From: Myxococcota bacterium
GTDB taxonomy: Bacteria > Myxococcota_A > UBA796 > SXON01
Direction of reading: 5' to 3'
DNA length: 64,000 bases
Assembly: GCA_040386535.1 (NCBI GenBank)
Contig: JAZKFH010000032.1
Span: 128,001-192,000, forward strand
A program made the translations under genes and the position numbers. Of the stretch, positions 1 to 12,857 are shown piece after piece. Position 1 is the stretch's first letter. Every line of letters starts with the position of its first letter. The notes under the pieces are model-generated. The model saw only the letters and a program-made list of their open reading frames with translations, was not told where the DNA came from and searched no databases.

Positions 1-110
1 ACCTCGGTGCCCGAGGTCACGCGCGCGGAGGCAACGTAGCGGGTCTCGCTCCCCTCGAACGCCGCGAGCCCGACCACCGGCCCGGCCGTGTCCACCAGCA
101 GGATCCGCAT
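1..110 (-). CDS. tsaB: tRNA threonylcarbamoyladenosine biosynthesis protein TsaB (5' part only; runs off the window edge)
   Basis: Manual translation from ATG at 110 gives MRILLVDTAGPVVGLAAFEG..., matching the TsaB/YeaZ N-terminal 'ILAIDTA' pattern. It follows rseP and is not in the ORF track. Confidence 0.7.
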   Translation of the reverse strand, partial: MRILLVDTAGPVVGLAAFEGSETRYVASARVTSGTE

Positions 111-120
111 CGGAGACTTC

Positions 121-1794
121 CTAGCCGACCGCGGCACGGTGGATGTCGAACACCAGCACGAACAACATCAGCAGCACCAGGAAGATGATGCCGGCCTGCT
201 GGGCGCGCTCGCGGAGGATGAGCGGGAGCGGGCGGCCGCGGACCCATTCGGCCAGGTACATGACGAGCTGCCCGCCGTCGAGGACGGGGATCGGCAGCAG
301 GTTGATGATGCCGAGGCTGATCGACAAGAGGCCGAGGAGCCGCGCCCAGTCGAAGATGCCGCGCTCCGCGGCCGCGCGCGCCTGGCGGATGATCTCGACC
401 GGGCCGCCCAGGCTCTCCTGCGGAGCGGCCTCGCCGGTGGTGAGCTTCCCGAGCTGCTCGACGATGCCGGTGGAGACGAGCACGACCTCGTCCGTGGCGC
501 GGACGAGCGCGTCCGGGAAACCGTAGACCCGCGGGACGAAGGGCGGCTGAACATAGCCGCCACCCGTGCCGATCCCGAGGAGCGGGCGCCAGCGGTAGCG
601 GCCGAGCTCGTCCGTGTCCTCCACCACCGCCGGCGTGACGCGGATCTCGCTGACCACGCCCCCGCGGCGCACGGTGACGAGCATCTCGCGGGTGGTCTGC
701 GCGCTTCCCTGGCCGCTCGCGGATGCGGCGACGGAGAGCACGACATCGCGCCACACGTTGATGGGGCGCCCGTCGATCGCGAGGAGACGGTCCCCTTCCT
801 TCACGCCCGCGTCCGACGCCGCGGAGCCATCCTTCGCGAAGGCGCCGACGGCCACCATTCCGCTCGCCACGCCCCATGTCTGCCAGACCGTGTCGTCTAC
901 CGAGGTAGCCGTGGGCGCCCACGACGCGTCACGGCGCAGCGTGAGCTCGCCGAGCGCGGACTCGGGCTCCGCGCCGGACCGACGCACCTCGAGGCGCACC
1001 TCCGGGGCCGCGGCCGCCCCGAGCAGGCGATGCACCTCGTTCCAGTTGCGCACCGGAACGCCGCTCACCGATGCGATCGTGTCGCCTGTCGCCAGGCCCG
1101 CGCGGCCTGCGGGCGACGCCGGATCGTCCACCACCACGGTGGTGTCGGGGGCGACGTGGCTGAGGCCGACCTCCGCCGGATGGCGCTCGTCACTGCCGAC
1201 CGCGACCGGGATGCTGACGGGGACCCGCTCTCCGGCGCGCTGGACGACGAGGTCGAGCGCGCTGTCCGTGCTCGCGGCGAAGGCCTCGGCCACGTCGGAC
1301 CAGGTGAGCGTGTCCTTGCCCTCGACCGCTACGATCTGGTCCTCGGGGAGCACGCCCGCGACGGCGGCGGCGCTCTCGGCGGCCACCATGCCGACGTCGG
1401 CGCGCGCCTGGGGCTCGCCGGCCATCTTGAGCGCCGTGAACACGACGAACGGCAGCGCGAGGTTCATCGCCGGGCCCGCGACCACGATCAGCAGCCGCTT
1501 CCAGGCCGGTTGGGCCATGAAGGCGCCCGGGGCGCGCGGATCGTCGTCGTCGCTACCGCCCTCCATGAAGGGGTCCGCGCCCGCCATGCGGACGTACCCG
1601 CCGAACGGGAACATGGAGATCCGGTAGTCGGTGTCCCCCCACTTCACGCCGACCAGGCGCCCGCCGAAGCCGACGCTGAACACCCGGACCCGCACGCCGC
1701 ACGCCTTCGCGACGATGAAGTGCCCGAACTCGTGGATCGTGATGAGCGCCGCGATCAGCAGCAGCGCGGCGAGGAAGGTGGCGACACCGAACAT
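121..1794 (-). CDS. rseP: RIP (site-2) metalloprotease RseP with three PDZ domains
   Basis: HEFGH zinc motif, GGYVRM, AGPAMN and NLLPIPVLDGG; three SxAxxAG-x(3)-D-x-I/L PDZ segments; follows cdsA. Confidence 0.95.
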   Translation of the reverse strand: MFGVATFLAALLLIAALITIHEFGHFIVAKACGVRVRVFSVGFGGRLVGVKWGDTDYRISMFPFGGYVRMAGADPFMEGGSDDDDPRAPGAFMAQPAWKRLLIVVAGPAMNLALPFVVFTALKMAGEPQARADVGMVAAESAAAVAGVLPEDQIVAVEGKDTLTWSDVAEAFAASTDSALDLVVQRAGERVPVSIPVAVGSDERHPAEVGLSHVAPDTTVVVDDPASPAGRAGLATGDTIASVSGVPVRNWNEVHRLLGAAAAPEVRLEVRRSGAEPESALGELTLRRDASWAPTATSVDDTVWQTWGVASGMVAVGAFAKDGSAASDAGVKEGDRLLAIDGRPINVWRDVVLSVAASASGQGSAQTTREMLVTVRRGGVVSEIRVTPAVVEDTDELGRYRWRPLLGIGTGGGYVQPPFVPRVYGFPDALVRATDEVVLVSTGIVEQLGKLTTGEAAPQESLGGPVEIIRQARAAAERGIFDWARLLGLLSISLGIINLLPIPVLDGGQLVMYLAEWVRGRPLPLILRERAQQAGIIFLVLLMLFVLVFDIHRAAVG

Positions 1795-1807
1795 CAGGGA
1801 ACAGTAT

Positions 1808-2617
1808 TCACGGTGCGACCAGCGGGCGCACCTGTAGAACGGCCCAGAGCAACGGGCCGGTGAACAACAAGGAGTCGATACGGTCCAGGATGCCGCCGTG
1901 CCCCGGCATGATCGTCCCGCTGTCCTTCACGCCGAACGCGCGCTTGAACATGGACTCGACGAGGTCCCCGATGACACCCGCGATGTCGAGCACCCCGGCG
2001 AGGACCAGCACGACGACCCACGGGAGGTCGAGGTCCGCCCCGAAGAGGCCCTTGAACACCGCGGCCCCGAGCACGGCCAGCACCAGCCCCCCGAGCGCGC
2101 CCTCGCGGGTCTTCTTGGGGGAGACCCGCGGGAACAATGGGGTCTTGCCGAAGGCGCGCCCGGCGAAGTAGGCGCCGGTGTCGCCGAGCCAGGTCGACGC
2201 GAGCAGGAAGAAGATCAGCCCGAGGCCATCGTTCTCCATGCGGATGAGCGCGAGCGGGGCCATGAGCACGGGCACGTAGACGAGGCCGAACCCAAGGCGA
2301 AGGGCCTGGCGGGCCGCCACGTCCACGCTCTCGCGCGCGAACATCGGCAGGGTGATGAACCCCATGAACAGGAGCGCGAGGACGGTGGGAAGGTACGCCG
2401 TTGCGTGCACCGCTGCGGTGACGACGACCAGCCCGGCGAGAAGATAGACACTGCGCTCGACCATCGGCAGCTCGGGGGCCGCCATGCGCACGTACTCGTT
2501 CAGCGCCACGAGCAGGAACGGTAGCATCAGCCACCACACCCCGTTCGGGCCGCCCCAGACGAGGATCGGGATCACCACCGCCAGCCCCGCGAGCCCTGCG
2601 ATGAGGCGTGTTCCCAT
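1808..2617 (-). CDS. cdsA: Phosphatidate cytidylyltransferase
   Basis: SPKKTREG and GDLVESMFKRAFGVKDSGTIMPGHGGILDRIDS signature; hydrophobic protein. Confidence 0.96.
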   Translation of the reverse strand: MGTRLIAGLAGLAVVIPILVWGGPNGVWWLMLPFLLVALNEYVRMAAPELPMVERSVYLLAGLVVVTAAVHATAYLPTVLALLFMGFITLPMFARESVDVAARQALRLGFGLVYVPVLMAPLALIRMENDGLGLIFFLLASTWLGDTGAYFAGRAFGKTPLFPRVSPKKTREGALGGLVLAVLGAAVFKGLFGADLDLPWVVVLVLAGVLDIAGVIGDLVESMFKRAFGVKDSGTIMPGHGGILDRIDSLLFTGPLLWAVLQVRPLVAP

Positions 2618-3354
2618 CAGCTACGGACCTGGGCGCCGGTCTTGCCGAAGCGACGCTCCCGCGTGCGGAAGGACGCGAACGCCTCCTCGAGCTGCGCGCG
2701 GCGGAAGTCGGGCCACGCGGTCTCGGTGACGTAGATCTCGGCGTAGGCGAGCTGCCAGAGCAGGAAGTTCGACAGGCGCATCTCGCCCGAGGTGCGGATG
2801 AGCAGGTCGGGATCGGGGAGGCCCGCGGTGCCGAGCTCGGCGGCGAAGGAGGCCTCGTCGATCGCGTCCGGGCGCAGCCGGCCGGCCGCGGCCTTCTTCG
2901 CCAGGGAGCGCGCCGCCTCGACGATCTCGGCGCGGCCGCCGTAGGAGAGCGCCAGGGTCAGCGTCATCCCACGGTTGTTGCGGGAGGCGTGCGAGAGCTC
3001 CTTGAGGGCGAGGCGCACCGCGACCGGCAGGCGGTCGATCTGGCCGATCGCGTTGAGGCGGATGCCGTTCTCCAGGATCTCGCGCCGCTCCTCGACGAGG
3101 AACCGCCCGAGCAGGCTCATCAGCCCCGCCACCTCGTCCTCGGGGCGGCGCCAGTTCTCGGTCGAGAAGCTGTAGAGGGTCAGCGCCTCCACCCCGAAGG
3201 TGCGACACGCGCGCGTGATCTCTCGCACGCTCTCCGCCCCCGCTTCGTGCCCCGCGAGGCGCGGCAAGCCACGGGCCTCCGCCCAGCGCCCGTTGCCATC
3301 CATGATGATGGCAAGGTGCCGAGGAACGGCCGGCGGAGGGACGGCGCCGCTCAA
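2617..3354 (-). CDS. uppS: Undecaprenyl diphosphate synthase (isoprenyl transferase)
   Basis: HLAIIMDGNGRWA, FSTENWRRP and DLLIRTSGEMRLSNFLLWQ. Start reassigned to the TTG at 3354 that overlaps the frr stop (TTGA). Confidence 0.95.
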   Translation of the reverse strand: MSGAVPPPAVPRHLAIIMDGNGRWAEARGLPRLAGHEAGAESVREITRACRTFGVEALTLYSFSTENWRRPEDEVAGLMSLLGRFLVEERREILENGIRLNAIGQIDRLPVAVRLALKELSHASRNNRGMTLTLALSYGGRAEIVEAARSLAKKAAAGRLRPDAIDEASFAAELGTAGLPDPDLLIRTSGEMRLSNFLLWQLAYAEIYVTETAWPDFRRAQLEEAFASFRTRERRFGKTGAQVRS

Positions 3355-3917
3355 ACCTCCAGGACCTCTTTCTCCTTGGCCGCGGACACGTCGTCCACCT
3401 TCTTCACGTGGGCGTCGGTGGCCTGCTGCACCTTCTCGGTGGCGCGCTTGAGCTCGTCCTCGGTGATCTCCTTGTCGTCGGAGGCCTGCTTGAGGAGCTC
3501 GTTGTACTCGCGACGAACGCCGCGGACGCGCACCTTGGCGTCCTCCGCGGCCTTCTTGACGATCTTCACCAGCGCCTGGCGACGTTCGCCCGTGAGCGGC
3601 GGGATCGGGATGCGGATGATCTGCCCGTCGTTGCCGGGGTTGAAGCCCAGACCCGAGGTCGCGATCGCCCGCTCGATGTCGCGGAGCGTCGACTTGTCCC
3701 AGGGGTTGACGATGAGGAGCCGGGCGTCCGGGGCCGTGATGTTGCCGCACTGCTTGAGCGGCATGGTCGACCCGTAGGACTCGATGTGGATGGGGAGGTT
3801 CTCGATGAGGCTCGGCGTGGCGCGCCCGGTGCGAACACCGAGCAGCTCACGCTTGAGCGCGTCGATCACCTTGTCCATGTCGTCGGAAAGACTCGACAGG
3901 TACTCTTCAACAGACAT
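3351..3917 (-). CDS. frr: Ribosome recycling factor
   Basis: RTGRATPSL, IPPLTGERR and KEKEVLEV; between pyrH and uppS. Confidence 0.97.
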   Translation of the reverse strand: MSVEEYLSSLSDDMDKVIDALKRELLGVRTGRATPSLIENLPIHIESYGSTMPLKQCGNITAPDARLLIVNPWDKSTLRDIERAIATSGLGFNPGNDGQIIRIPIPPLTGERRQALVKIVKKAAEDAKVRVRGVRREYNELLKQASDDKEITEDELKRATEKVQQATDAHVKKVDDVSAAKEKEVLEV

Positions 3918-3932
3918 CGCGGTGGCCTCCGG

Positions 3933-4658
3933 TCAGGGCTGGGGAGAGCTTACGTGCGTGCCGACAGGCTCGCCCAGCACGACCCGGCGGACGTTGCCGG
4001 GGCGGGCGGCGTCGAACACGATGAGCGGGATGCGGTTCTCCATGCACAGGCTGATGGCCGTCGCGTCCATCACCTTGAGCCCGAGCTTGAGGGCCTCGAG
4101 GTGCGTGATGGTCTCGTAGCGCACCGCGTCCGCGAACTTCTTCGGATCCTTGTCGTACACCCCGTCCACCTTGGTGGCCTTGAGGATCACGTCGGCGTGG
4201 ATCTCGGCCGCGCGCAACGAGGCCGCGGTGTCCGTGCTGAAGTACGGATTGCCCGTACCGGCCGCGAAGATCACGACCCGCCCCTTGTTCAGGTGGGCCA
4301 TCGCGCGGCGGCGGATGTAGGGCTCACACACCTCGTCGATGCGGACCGCTGACATCACCCGGGTGTAGCAACCCTTCTGCTCGAGCGCGTCCTGGAGCGC
4401 GAGCGCGTTGATGCAGGTCGCGAGCATGCCCATGTAGTCGGCATGCGCGCGGTCCATTCCGCCCTCGGACGCGGGAACACCCCGAAAGATGTTCCCGCCC
4501 CCGATGACGATGCCGATCTGGACACCGAGCTTGTGGACCTCGATGACCTCTTCGGCGAAGCGGCCGAGCACCTCTTGCTGGATGCCGAAATCGGCGTCTC
4601 CGGCGAGCATCTCCCCCGAAAGCTTCAACAGGATTCGGCGGTAGACGGGTGCGGCCAC
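3933..4658 (-). CDS. pyrH: UMP kinase
   Basis: [27 protein letters not shown] and VMDATA. Confidence 0.97.
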   Translation of the reverse strand: MAAPVYRRILLKLSGEMLAGDADFGIQQEVLGRFAEEVIEVHKLGVQIGIVIGGGNIFRGVPASEGGMDRAHADYMGMLATCINALALQDALEQKGCYTRVMSAVRIDEVCEPYIRRRAMAHLNKGRVVIFAAGTGNPYFSTDTAASLRAAEIHADVILKATKVDGVYDKDPKKFADAVRYETITHLEALKLGLKVMDATAISLCMENRIPLIVFDAARPGNVRRVVLGEPVGTHVSSPQP

Positions 4659-4672
4659 GATTCCCTCCGGTA

Positions 4673-5323
4673 CTAAAGACCCGCTTGAGCGGCGACCTCG
4701 GCGGCGAAGTCATTCGCCTTCTTTTCCAGACCTTCGCCCATGACGTAGCGTACGAACCGGCGGATCTTGACGTTCTCGCCGATGGTCGAGACGGTCTCCT
4801 TGACGAGCTGATCGATCGTCTTGGAGTCGTCCTTCACGTACTTCTGGTCGAGGAGGCAGACATCCTCGTACCACTTGCTCATGCGGCCTTCGACGATCTT
4901 CGCGGCGATGGCCTGGGGCTTGCCCTCGGCCATCGTCTTCTCGAGCTGCACGGCCTTCTCCTTCTCGTACGCGTCCGCGGGGACCTCGTCACGAGAGAGA
5001 TACTCGGGCGCGGCGGCCGCGATGTGCATCGCGATGTCGCGCGCGAGGTTCTTGAACTTATCGTTCAAGGCCACGAAATCGGTCTCGCAGTTGAGCTCGA
5101 CGATGACGCCGATCTTGCCGCCGGCGTGGATGTACGCCTCGACCAGACCTTCGCTCGCCACTCGACCGGACTTCTTCGCGGCGGACGACAAGCCCTTCGC
5201 GCGGAGCCAGTCGATCGCCTTCTCTACGTCGCTCCCGGACTCGCCGAGGGCCTTCTTGCAGTCGAGGATGCCGGCGCCGGTGCGCTCGCGCAGATCCTTG
5301 ATTTGATCGGACAGGGACGCCAT
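4673..5323 (-). CDS. tsf: Elongation factor Ts (short 216-aa form)
   Basis: [26 protein letters not shown] and GENVKIRRF; follows rpsB. Confidence 0.97.
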   Translation of the reverse strand: MASLSDQIKDLRERTGAGILDCKKALGESGSDVEKAIDWLRAKGLSSAAKKSGRVASEGLVEAYIHAGGKIGVIVELNCETDFVALNDKFKNLARDIAMHIAAAAPEYLSRDEVPADAYEKEKAVQLEKTMAEGKPQAIAAKIVEGRMSKWYEDVCLLDQKYVKDDSKTIDQLVKETVSTIGENVKIRRFVRYVMGEGLEKKANDFAAEVAAQAGL

Positions 5324-5352
5324 GATTGCTCCAGAATCTGCAGGGGCCGGGC

Positions 5353-6156
5353 CTACGAGGCCTCGGGCTCCGTGGGGGCGGGGGCGGCGGCGGGCTCCTC
5401 GTTGACCGTGCGACGGTAGACCTCGACACCGCGCCCGTCATCACCCTGGATGATGGGGGAGGCGTCGGTCCGGCCGGCCTGCACACCTTCGGTCGCGGCG
5501 TCCGCGATGGCGGCGGTGAAGAGGCGGATGGACTTGATCGCGTCGTCGTTGCCCGGGATCACGTAGTCGATGCCGTCGGGATCGCAGTTGGTGTCGCAGA
5601 GCGCCACGACGGGGATGCCGAGCTTGCCGGCTTCCTTGACGGCGATGTGCTCCTTCTTCGGGTCGATCACGAACAGGGCCCCGGGGAGGGACTTCATGTC
5701 CTTGATGCCGCCGAGGGCCTTCTCCATCTTCTCGATCTCGCGGGTCAGCGTGAGCGCTTCCTTCTTGGTGAGCTGCTCGAACTTGCCCTCGGTGCGCGCC
5801 TTGGTGAGGGAGTTCAGGCGCTCGATGGACTTCTTCACCGTCTGGAAGTTGGTGAGCGTGCCGCCCAGCCAACGGTCGTTGACGAAGAACATCTGGGAGC
5901 GACGCGCCTCCTCGGAGACGATGTCGCGCGCGGCGCGCTTGGTGCCGACGAAGAGCACCGGCTGGCCGCGGCTCACGATCGACGTGATGTAGCGGGACGC
6001 GTCGACCAGGGCGCGCGCGGTCTGCTGGATGTCGATGATGTGAACGCCGTTCTTCTGGCCGTAGATGTACGGCCGCATGCGGGGGTTCCACCGGCGGGTC
6101 TGGTGGCCGAAGTGAACGCCGGCTTCGAGGAGCTCACGGAGAGAGACATTTGCCAT
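5353..6156 (-). CDS. rpsB: 30S ribosomal protein S2
   Basis: [27 protein letters not shown] and [10 protein letters not shown]. Confidence 0.98.
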   Translation of the reverse strand: MANVSLRELLEAGVHFGHQTRRWNPRMRPYIYGQKNGVHIIDIQQTARALVDASRYITSIVSRGQPVLFVGTKRAARDIVSEEARRSQMFFVNDRWLGGTLTNFQTVKKSIERLNSLTKARTEGKFEQLTKKEALTLTREIEKMEKALGGIKDMKSLPGALFVIDPKKEHIAVKEAGKLGIPVVALCDTNCDPDGIDYVIPGNDDAIKSIRLFTAAIADAATEGVQAGRTDASPIIQGDDGRGVEVYRRTVNEEPAAAPAPTEPEAS

Positions 6157-6189
6157 TTGGATCGACTCTGTGCGGGTTGGCCCGCGCGT

Positions 6190-6290
6190 ATGGTTGTTGC
6201 GACCGCCGGAGGATGCGACCCGACCCCTGGCACAGCGGAGCTGCGTTCAGGGGCACCGAGGGCTGCAAACCTTGAATCCGGCGTGGATCT
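6190..6290 (-). promoter_or_regulatory. Probable rpsB (S2) autoregulatory 5' leader RNA
   Basis: In the rpsB 5' UTR, the outer stem CGCCGGA (6283-6277) pairs with UCCGGCG (6210-6204) and the inner stem CCCCUG (6253-6248) pairs with CAGGGG (6229-6224). GGUGCC, GGGUC and AACC elements resemble the known S2 leader. Confidence 0.6.
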
Positions 6291-6310
6291 CTTCGGGGAG
6301 GTCCCCGAAG
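6291..6310. repeat. Perfect inverted repeat CTTCGGGGA-GG-TCCCCGAAG between secA and the rpsB leader
   Basis: Read directly from the sequence. It has no U-tract, so it could be a secA 3' hairpin or a 5' stabiliser of the rpsB mRNA. Confidence 0.6.
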
Positions 6311-6354
6311 GCACGGCCATCTAACGCGACGAGGCGCCGATGGCAACCGGAGCG

Positions 6355-9111
<2,757 letters not shown>

Positions 9112-9205
9112 CGGCGGTACTCCACGAACCCGCGCGCATAACCCCAATCACGCCCGGGTGCGTGGTCGCGCGTGCGCGCGCCCGGCCGGGGCGCCGCCGG
9201 CAGGA

Positions 9206-10159
9206 TCAGGGCAGATACTCCAGGGGATCCACCTTTTCGCCGTCGATGAGCAGCTCGAAGTGCAGATGCGGGCCCGTGCTCATGCCGGTGCTCCCCACCA
9301 AGGCGATCACGTCGCCCGCAGCGACCAGATCGCCCTCCGCCACGGTGAATCGCGAGGCGTGGCAGTAACGAGTGGTCACGTCGTAGCCGTGGTCGACCAC
9401 GACGGTCCGACCGTGGCCGGAGTCCCAGTCGGCGTAGGTGACCAGGCCGTCGGACGTGGCGTAGATCGCCGTTCCGTACGGAGCGCCGAGGTCGAGCCCG
9501 GTATGCATCTTCCATTGGCGGCCGAACGGCGAGTGGCGGTAGCCGAAGGGCGACGTGAGCACGCCGTCGACCGGCCAGACCTGGGGGAGCGCGGACCGGA
9601 GGCCGTCGAACCGCCCGAGGAGCTCCTCGTAGTCGTCCAGGCCCGGAGTCAACACCCGGATGTCCTCTTCCAACGCCGCGAGATGGGCCTCGACCTCGCC
9701 GGGGAGCCGCTCCCGGTCGCCCGGCTCCCCGCTCGAGACCACGCCGTCGATCCACGCCTGGCGCGCGGCCGCCTCCGCGGGGTCGAGCGGACCGAAGCCC
9801 GGCAACGCCTCGCGCGCCTCGATCGCGCGCAGCTGGTCGTCGTAGGAGCGCACGCGCTCCACGAGCGGCGCGATGTCGGCGATCCGGCGGTCGACCTGGT
9901 CGAGGCGGGCCTTGAGCGCGAGGTTCTCGCCGACGAGCCGATCGTGCGCCACCACGCGGGGCAAGGTCGCCGCCTGGACCCCCGCCAGGACCACCAGGAC
10001 CACCACGCCGGTGGCGCCGAGCGCGAGCACGAGGCGGACGCGCCACAACGGCACACTCAGCTGCCAGACCTCGCCGCGCCCGCCCTCGGGCACGAGCATG
10101 ACCGTGTAGCGGGCGTCGGACGCCTCGCGCGGGACGGGCCTAGGCGAGCTCGTCGACAC
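9206..10159 (-). CDS. M23 family metallopeptidase with N-terminal TM helix and coiled coil
   Basis: HTGLD, YCH and TGMSTGPHLHFE M23 motifs; typical position upstream of secA. Start uncertain. Confidence 0.88.
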   Translation of the reverse strand: MSTSSPRPVPREASDARYTVMLVPEGGRGEVWQLSVPLWRVRLVLALGATGVVVLVVLAGVQAATLPRVVAHDRLVGENLALKARLDQVDRRIADIAPLVERVRSYDDQLRAIEAREALPGFGPLDPAEAAARQAWIDGVVSSGEPGDRERLPGEVEAHLAALEEDIRVLTPGLDDYEELLGRFDGLRSALPQVWPVDGVLTSPFGYRHSPFGRQWKMHTGLDLGAPYGTAIYATSDGLVTYADWDSGHGRTVVVDHGYDVTTRYCHASRFTVAEGDLVAAGDVIALVGSTGMSTGPHLHFELLIDGEKVDPLEYLP

Positions 10160-10901
10160 GGGTGATCACCGCCGTGATGTTGTCGTCCCCACCCCGCGCG
10201 CACGCGAGCTGCACCAGGTGGCGCGCGGCTTCTTGCGGGTTCATCGAGCGGACGGCCTCTCCGAGCTCGGCGGGCTCGACGAGGTTGGACAGCCCGTCGC
10301 TACACAGCAGGAACCGATCGCCGCGACGCAGGGCGCGGACCTGGATGTCGATCTCGACGTCCTCGGTGTAGCCGAGCGAGCGCGTGATGATGTTCTTGAG
10401 CTTGTGGTGGCGAGCCTGCTCCGGCGTCAGCAGCCCGGCGCGGATCCGCTCGTTCACGAGGGAGTGATCCTCCGTGAGCTGCTCGATCCGGCCCTCGCGC
10501 ACGATGTAGCCGCGCGAGTCCCCCACGTGGGCCACGAACGCGTTCGACCCGTCCACCAGCAGGACGAGGCAGGTCGTCCCCATGCCGCGGTACTCGGGCT
10601 CGGCGTTGGCCTTCTCGAAGATGCGCTTGCCCGCGAGGCGGATGGCGTAGCGGAGCCGCTCGCGCATGACCTCGACCGCGCCCTCTTCCCGGGCCGCTTC
10701 GATCTCGGGCGAGGTTTCGAGGTCGGAGAGCACCTCTTCGACCGTGTTCACGGCGATCGCGCTCGCGAACTCGCCGCCGGCGTGGCCACCCATCCCGTCG
10801 CACACGACGAACAGGTTGAGCTCGTCGTTGATCAGGTAGTTGTCTTCGTTGTTCGTGCGCTTCACACCGACGTCGGTGATCCCGCAGGAGGTGATCCGCA
10901 T
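10140..10901 (-). CDS. Stp1/PP2C family Ser/Thr protein phosphatase
   Basis: TDVGVKRTNNED, CDGMGG, HVGDSR, LCSDGL and GGDDNIT. Start reassigned to ATG 10901. Confidence 0.95.
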   Translation of the reverse strand: MRITSCGITDVGVKRTNNEDNYLINDELNLFVVCDGMGGHAGGEFASAIAVNTVEEVLSDLETSPEIEAAREEGAVEVMRERLRYAIRLAGKRIFEKANAEPEYRGMGTTCLVLLVDGSNAFVAHVGDSRGYIVREGRIEQLTEDHSLVNERIRAGLLTPEQARHHKLKNIITRSLGYTEDVEIDIQVRALRRGDRFLLCSDGLSNLVEPAELGEAVRSMNPQEAARHLVQLACARGGDDNITAVITRVDELA

Positions 10902-11013
10902 GGGCGTTCGCTTCCCTTCCCTGGGGGCGAATAGCGCGAGCGGACCCGAATGCCAAGCGTCGAGCGACGAGCTTCCGACAGAAGGAGACCGCCCGCCCCG
11001 ACTTCTCCTCGGC

Positions 11014-11895
11014 TTACGCCTCGCTGTCCACGCTCTCGTCCACGCCCTCGTCGACGTTCTGGGGCTCCGCGAGCGGGACCGCGCGGGCGGCATCGATCGC
11101 CGCGGCAAGGCGGCGCCACTCGGGCAGATCGAGCGTCTCGGCGCGGCGCTTGGAATCGACCCCCGCGGTGTCGCACGCGGCCTGCACGTCCGCCCGCATC
11201 ATCCCGCTCCCGAGCGAGTTCAGCAGCGTCTTGCGGCGGTGCTGGAAGCCGAGGCGCACGACGCGGTCGAACACCTGCGGAGTGACACCCCCGAAGTCGG
11301 GCTTCGCGAGGAGCTCGAAGCCGAGCACCACCGAGTGGACCTTCGGCGCCGGGTAGAACGCGCCGGGCGGCAGCGTGAGCACGGGGCGCACCCTCGCGCG
11401 GGCCTGCACCTGCACGGAGAGCGAGCCGCGCGAGGAGTGGCTCGGCCCCGCCTGGATGCGCTCGCCCACCTCGCGCTGGAACATGAGCACCATCGTCGAG
11501 AACAGGTCGGGCCGGTTCAGCAGGCGCAGCAGGAGCGGCGTCGCCACGTTGTAGGGCAGGTTGGCGATGACCTTCCACCCGGAGCCGGGGCACACCGTGT
11601 CGAGGTCCACGTGCATGGCGTCGGCTTCGAACAGGGTCAGGTCGGGCCAGAGCTCGCGGATGGCCGCCGCGAGATCACGGTCGATCTCGACACAGCGCAC
11701 ATCCGCGCCGGTGGCGCGCATACGCTCGGTCAGGACGCCCAGGCCGGGCCCGATCTCGAGCGCGTGGTCGGTCGGGGTGAGGCCCGCGGCGTAGACGATG
11801 CGGTCGACGGCCTCGTCGGAGACGAGGAAGTTCTGACCGAAGCGGCGACGGGCGCGCGTTTCGAGCTCGCGGAGACGGGTAGCGGGATGAATCAT
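11014..11895 (-). CDS. rsmA: 16S rRNA adenine dimethyltransferase RsmA/KsgA
   Basis: FGQNFL, LEIGPGLG, ANLPYN, MFQREV and RRKTL. ATG 11895 overlaps the tsaD stop (ATGA). Confidence 0.95.
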   Translation of the reverse strand: MIHPATRLRELETRARRRFGQNFLVSDEAVDRIVYAAGLTPTDHALEIGPGLGVLTERMRATGADVRCVEIDRDLAAAIRELWPDLTLFEADAMHVDLDTVCPGSGWKVIANLPYNVATPLLLRLLNRPDLFSTMVLMFQREVGERIQAGPSHSSRGSLSVQVQARARVRPVLTLPPGAFYPAPKVHSVVLGFELLAKPDFGGVTPQVFDRVVRLGFQHRRKTLLNSLGSGMMRADVQAACDTAGVDSKRRAETLDLPEWRRLAAAIDAARAVPLAEPQNVDEGVDESVDSEA

Positions 11896-12857
11896 GGGGT
11901 ACCGACCGCCCATCGTGGACGCGCGCTGGAGGGGCCGGGGGCGAGCCCGGCGAGGAGGCGCAGGCGCCCGACGTTGGCGATCATCGCGCCGTTGTCGGTG
12001 CACCGCGCGCGGGGCGGGAGGAAGGCCTGGAGGCCGCACGCGTCCACACGGGCGCGGATGCGACTGTTCGCCGCGGCCCCGCCGCCGATCGCGATCCGCT
12101 CGACGCCCGTACGGACGGCGGCGCGTTGGATCCGGTCGATGAGAACGTCGCTGACGGCCTCCTGGAAGCTCGCTGCGAGATCGGCCGGCGGCGTGTCGGG
12201 GAACCGCTCGAGGCGCGTGCGGACCGCGGTCTTGAGGCCGGAGAAGCTCATGTCGAGGTCTCCGACGCGCGGGCGGGGCAGCGGCACCGCGTTCGGGTCG
12301 CCTTCGAGGGCCAACGCGTCGACCAGCGGGCCCCCGGGGTACCCGAGGCCCAACATGCGTGCGACCTTGTCGAAGGCCTCGCCGACGGCGTCGTCGACGG
12401 TTTCGGCGAGGGTCCGGTACACGCCGACCTCCTCGGCGAGGTAGAGCGTCGTGTGCCCTCCGCTCACGACGAGCGCGAGGAACGGGAAGGCCGGGGCCGG
12501 CGCGTCGAGCAGGGGTGCCAGGAGGTGCCCTTCGAGGTGGTTGACCGGCATGAACGGGACGCCCCAGCCCAGCGCCGCCGCGCGCCCGAAGGACAGCCCC
12601 ACCAGCACGGCCCCGATCAGCCCGGGCCCCGCGGTGGCGGCGACGGCATCGGGGCGCTCCACGCCCGCGCGTTCGAGGGCGGCGCGCACGACCGGCGCGA
12701 TCTGCTCTACGTGGGCGCGGCTGGCGAGCTCGGGGACCACGCCGCCGTACGCGGCGTGGATCGCCTGCCCATAGACCACGTCGGAGAGCACCCCTTCGGG
12801 CCCCACCACGGCGGCCGCCGTCTCGTCACAGGAGGACTCGATGCCGAGCACGCGCAT
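11892..12857 (-). CDS. tsaD: tRNA N6-adenosine threonylcarbamoyltransferase TsaD
   Basis: MRVLGIESSCDET, GGVVPELASRAH, HLEGH, SGGHT and TDNGAMIA. Start at ATG 12857 (TGATG overlap). Confidence 0.96.
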   Translation of the reverse strand: MRVLGIESSCDETAAAVVGPEGVLSDVVYGQAIHAAYGGVVPELASRAHVEQIAPVVRAALERAGVERPDAVAATAGPGLIGAVLVGLSFGRAAALGWGVPFMPVNHLEGHLLAPLLDAPAPAFPFLALVVSGGHTTLYLAEEVGVYRTLAETVDDAVGEAFDKVARMLGLGYPGGPLVDALALEGDPNAVPLPRPRVGDLDMSFSGLKTAVRTRLERFPDTPPADLAASFQEAVSDVLIDRIQRAAVRTGVERIAIGGGAAANSRIRARVDACGLQAFLPPRARCTDNGAMIANVGRLRLLAGLAPGPSSARPRWAVGTP

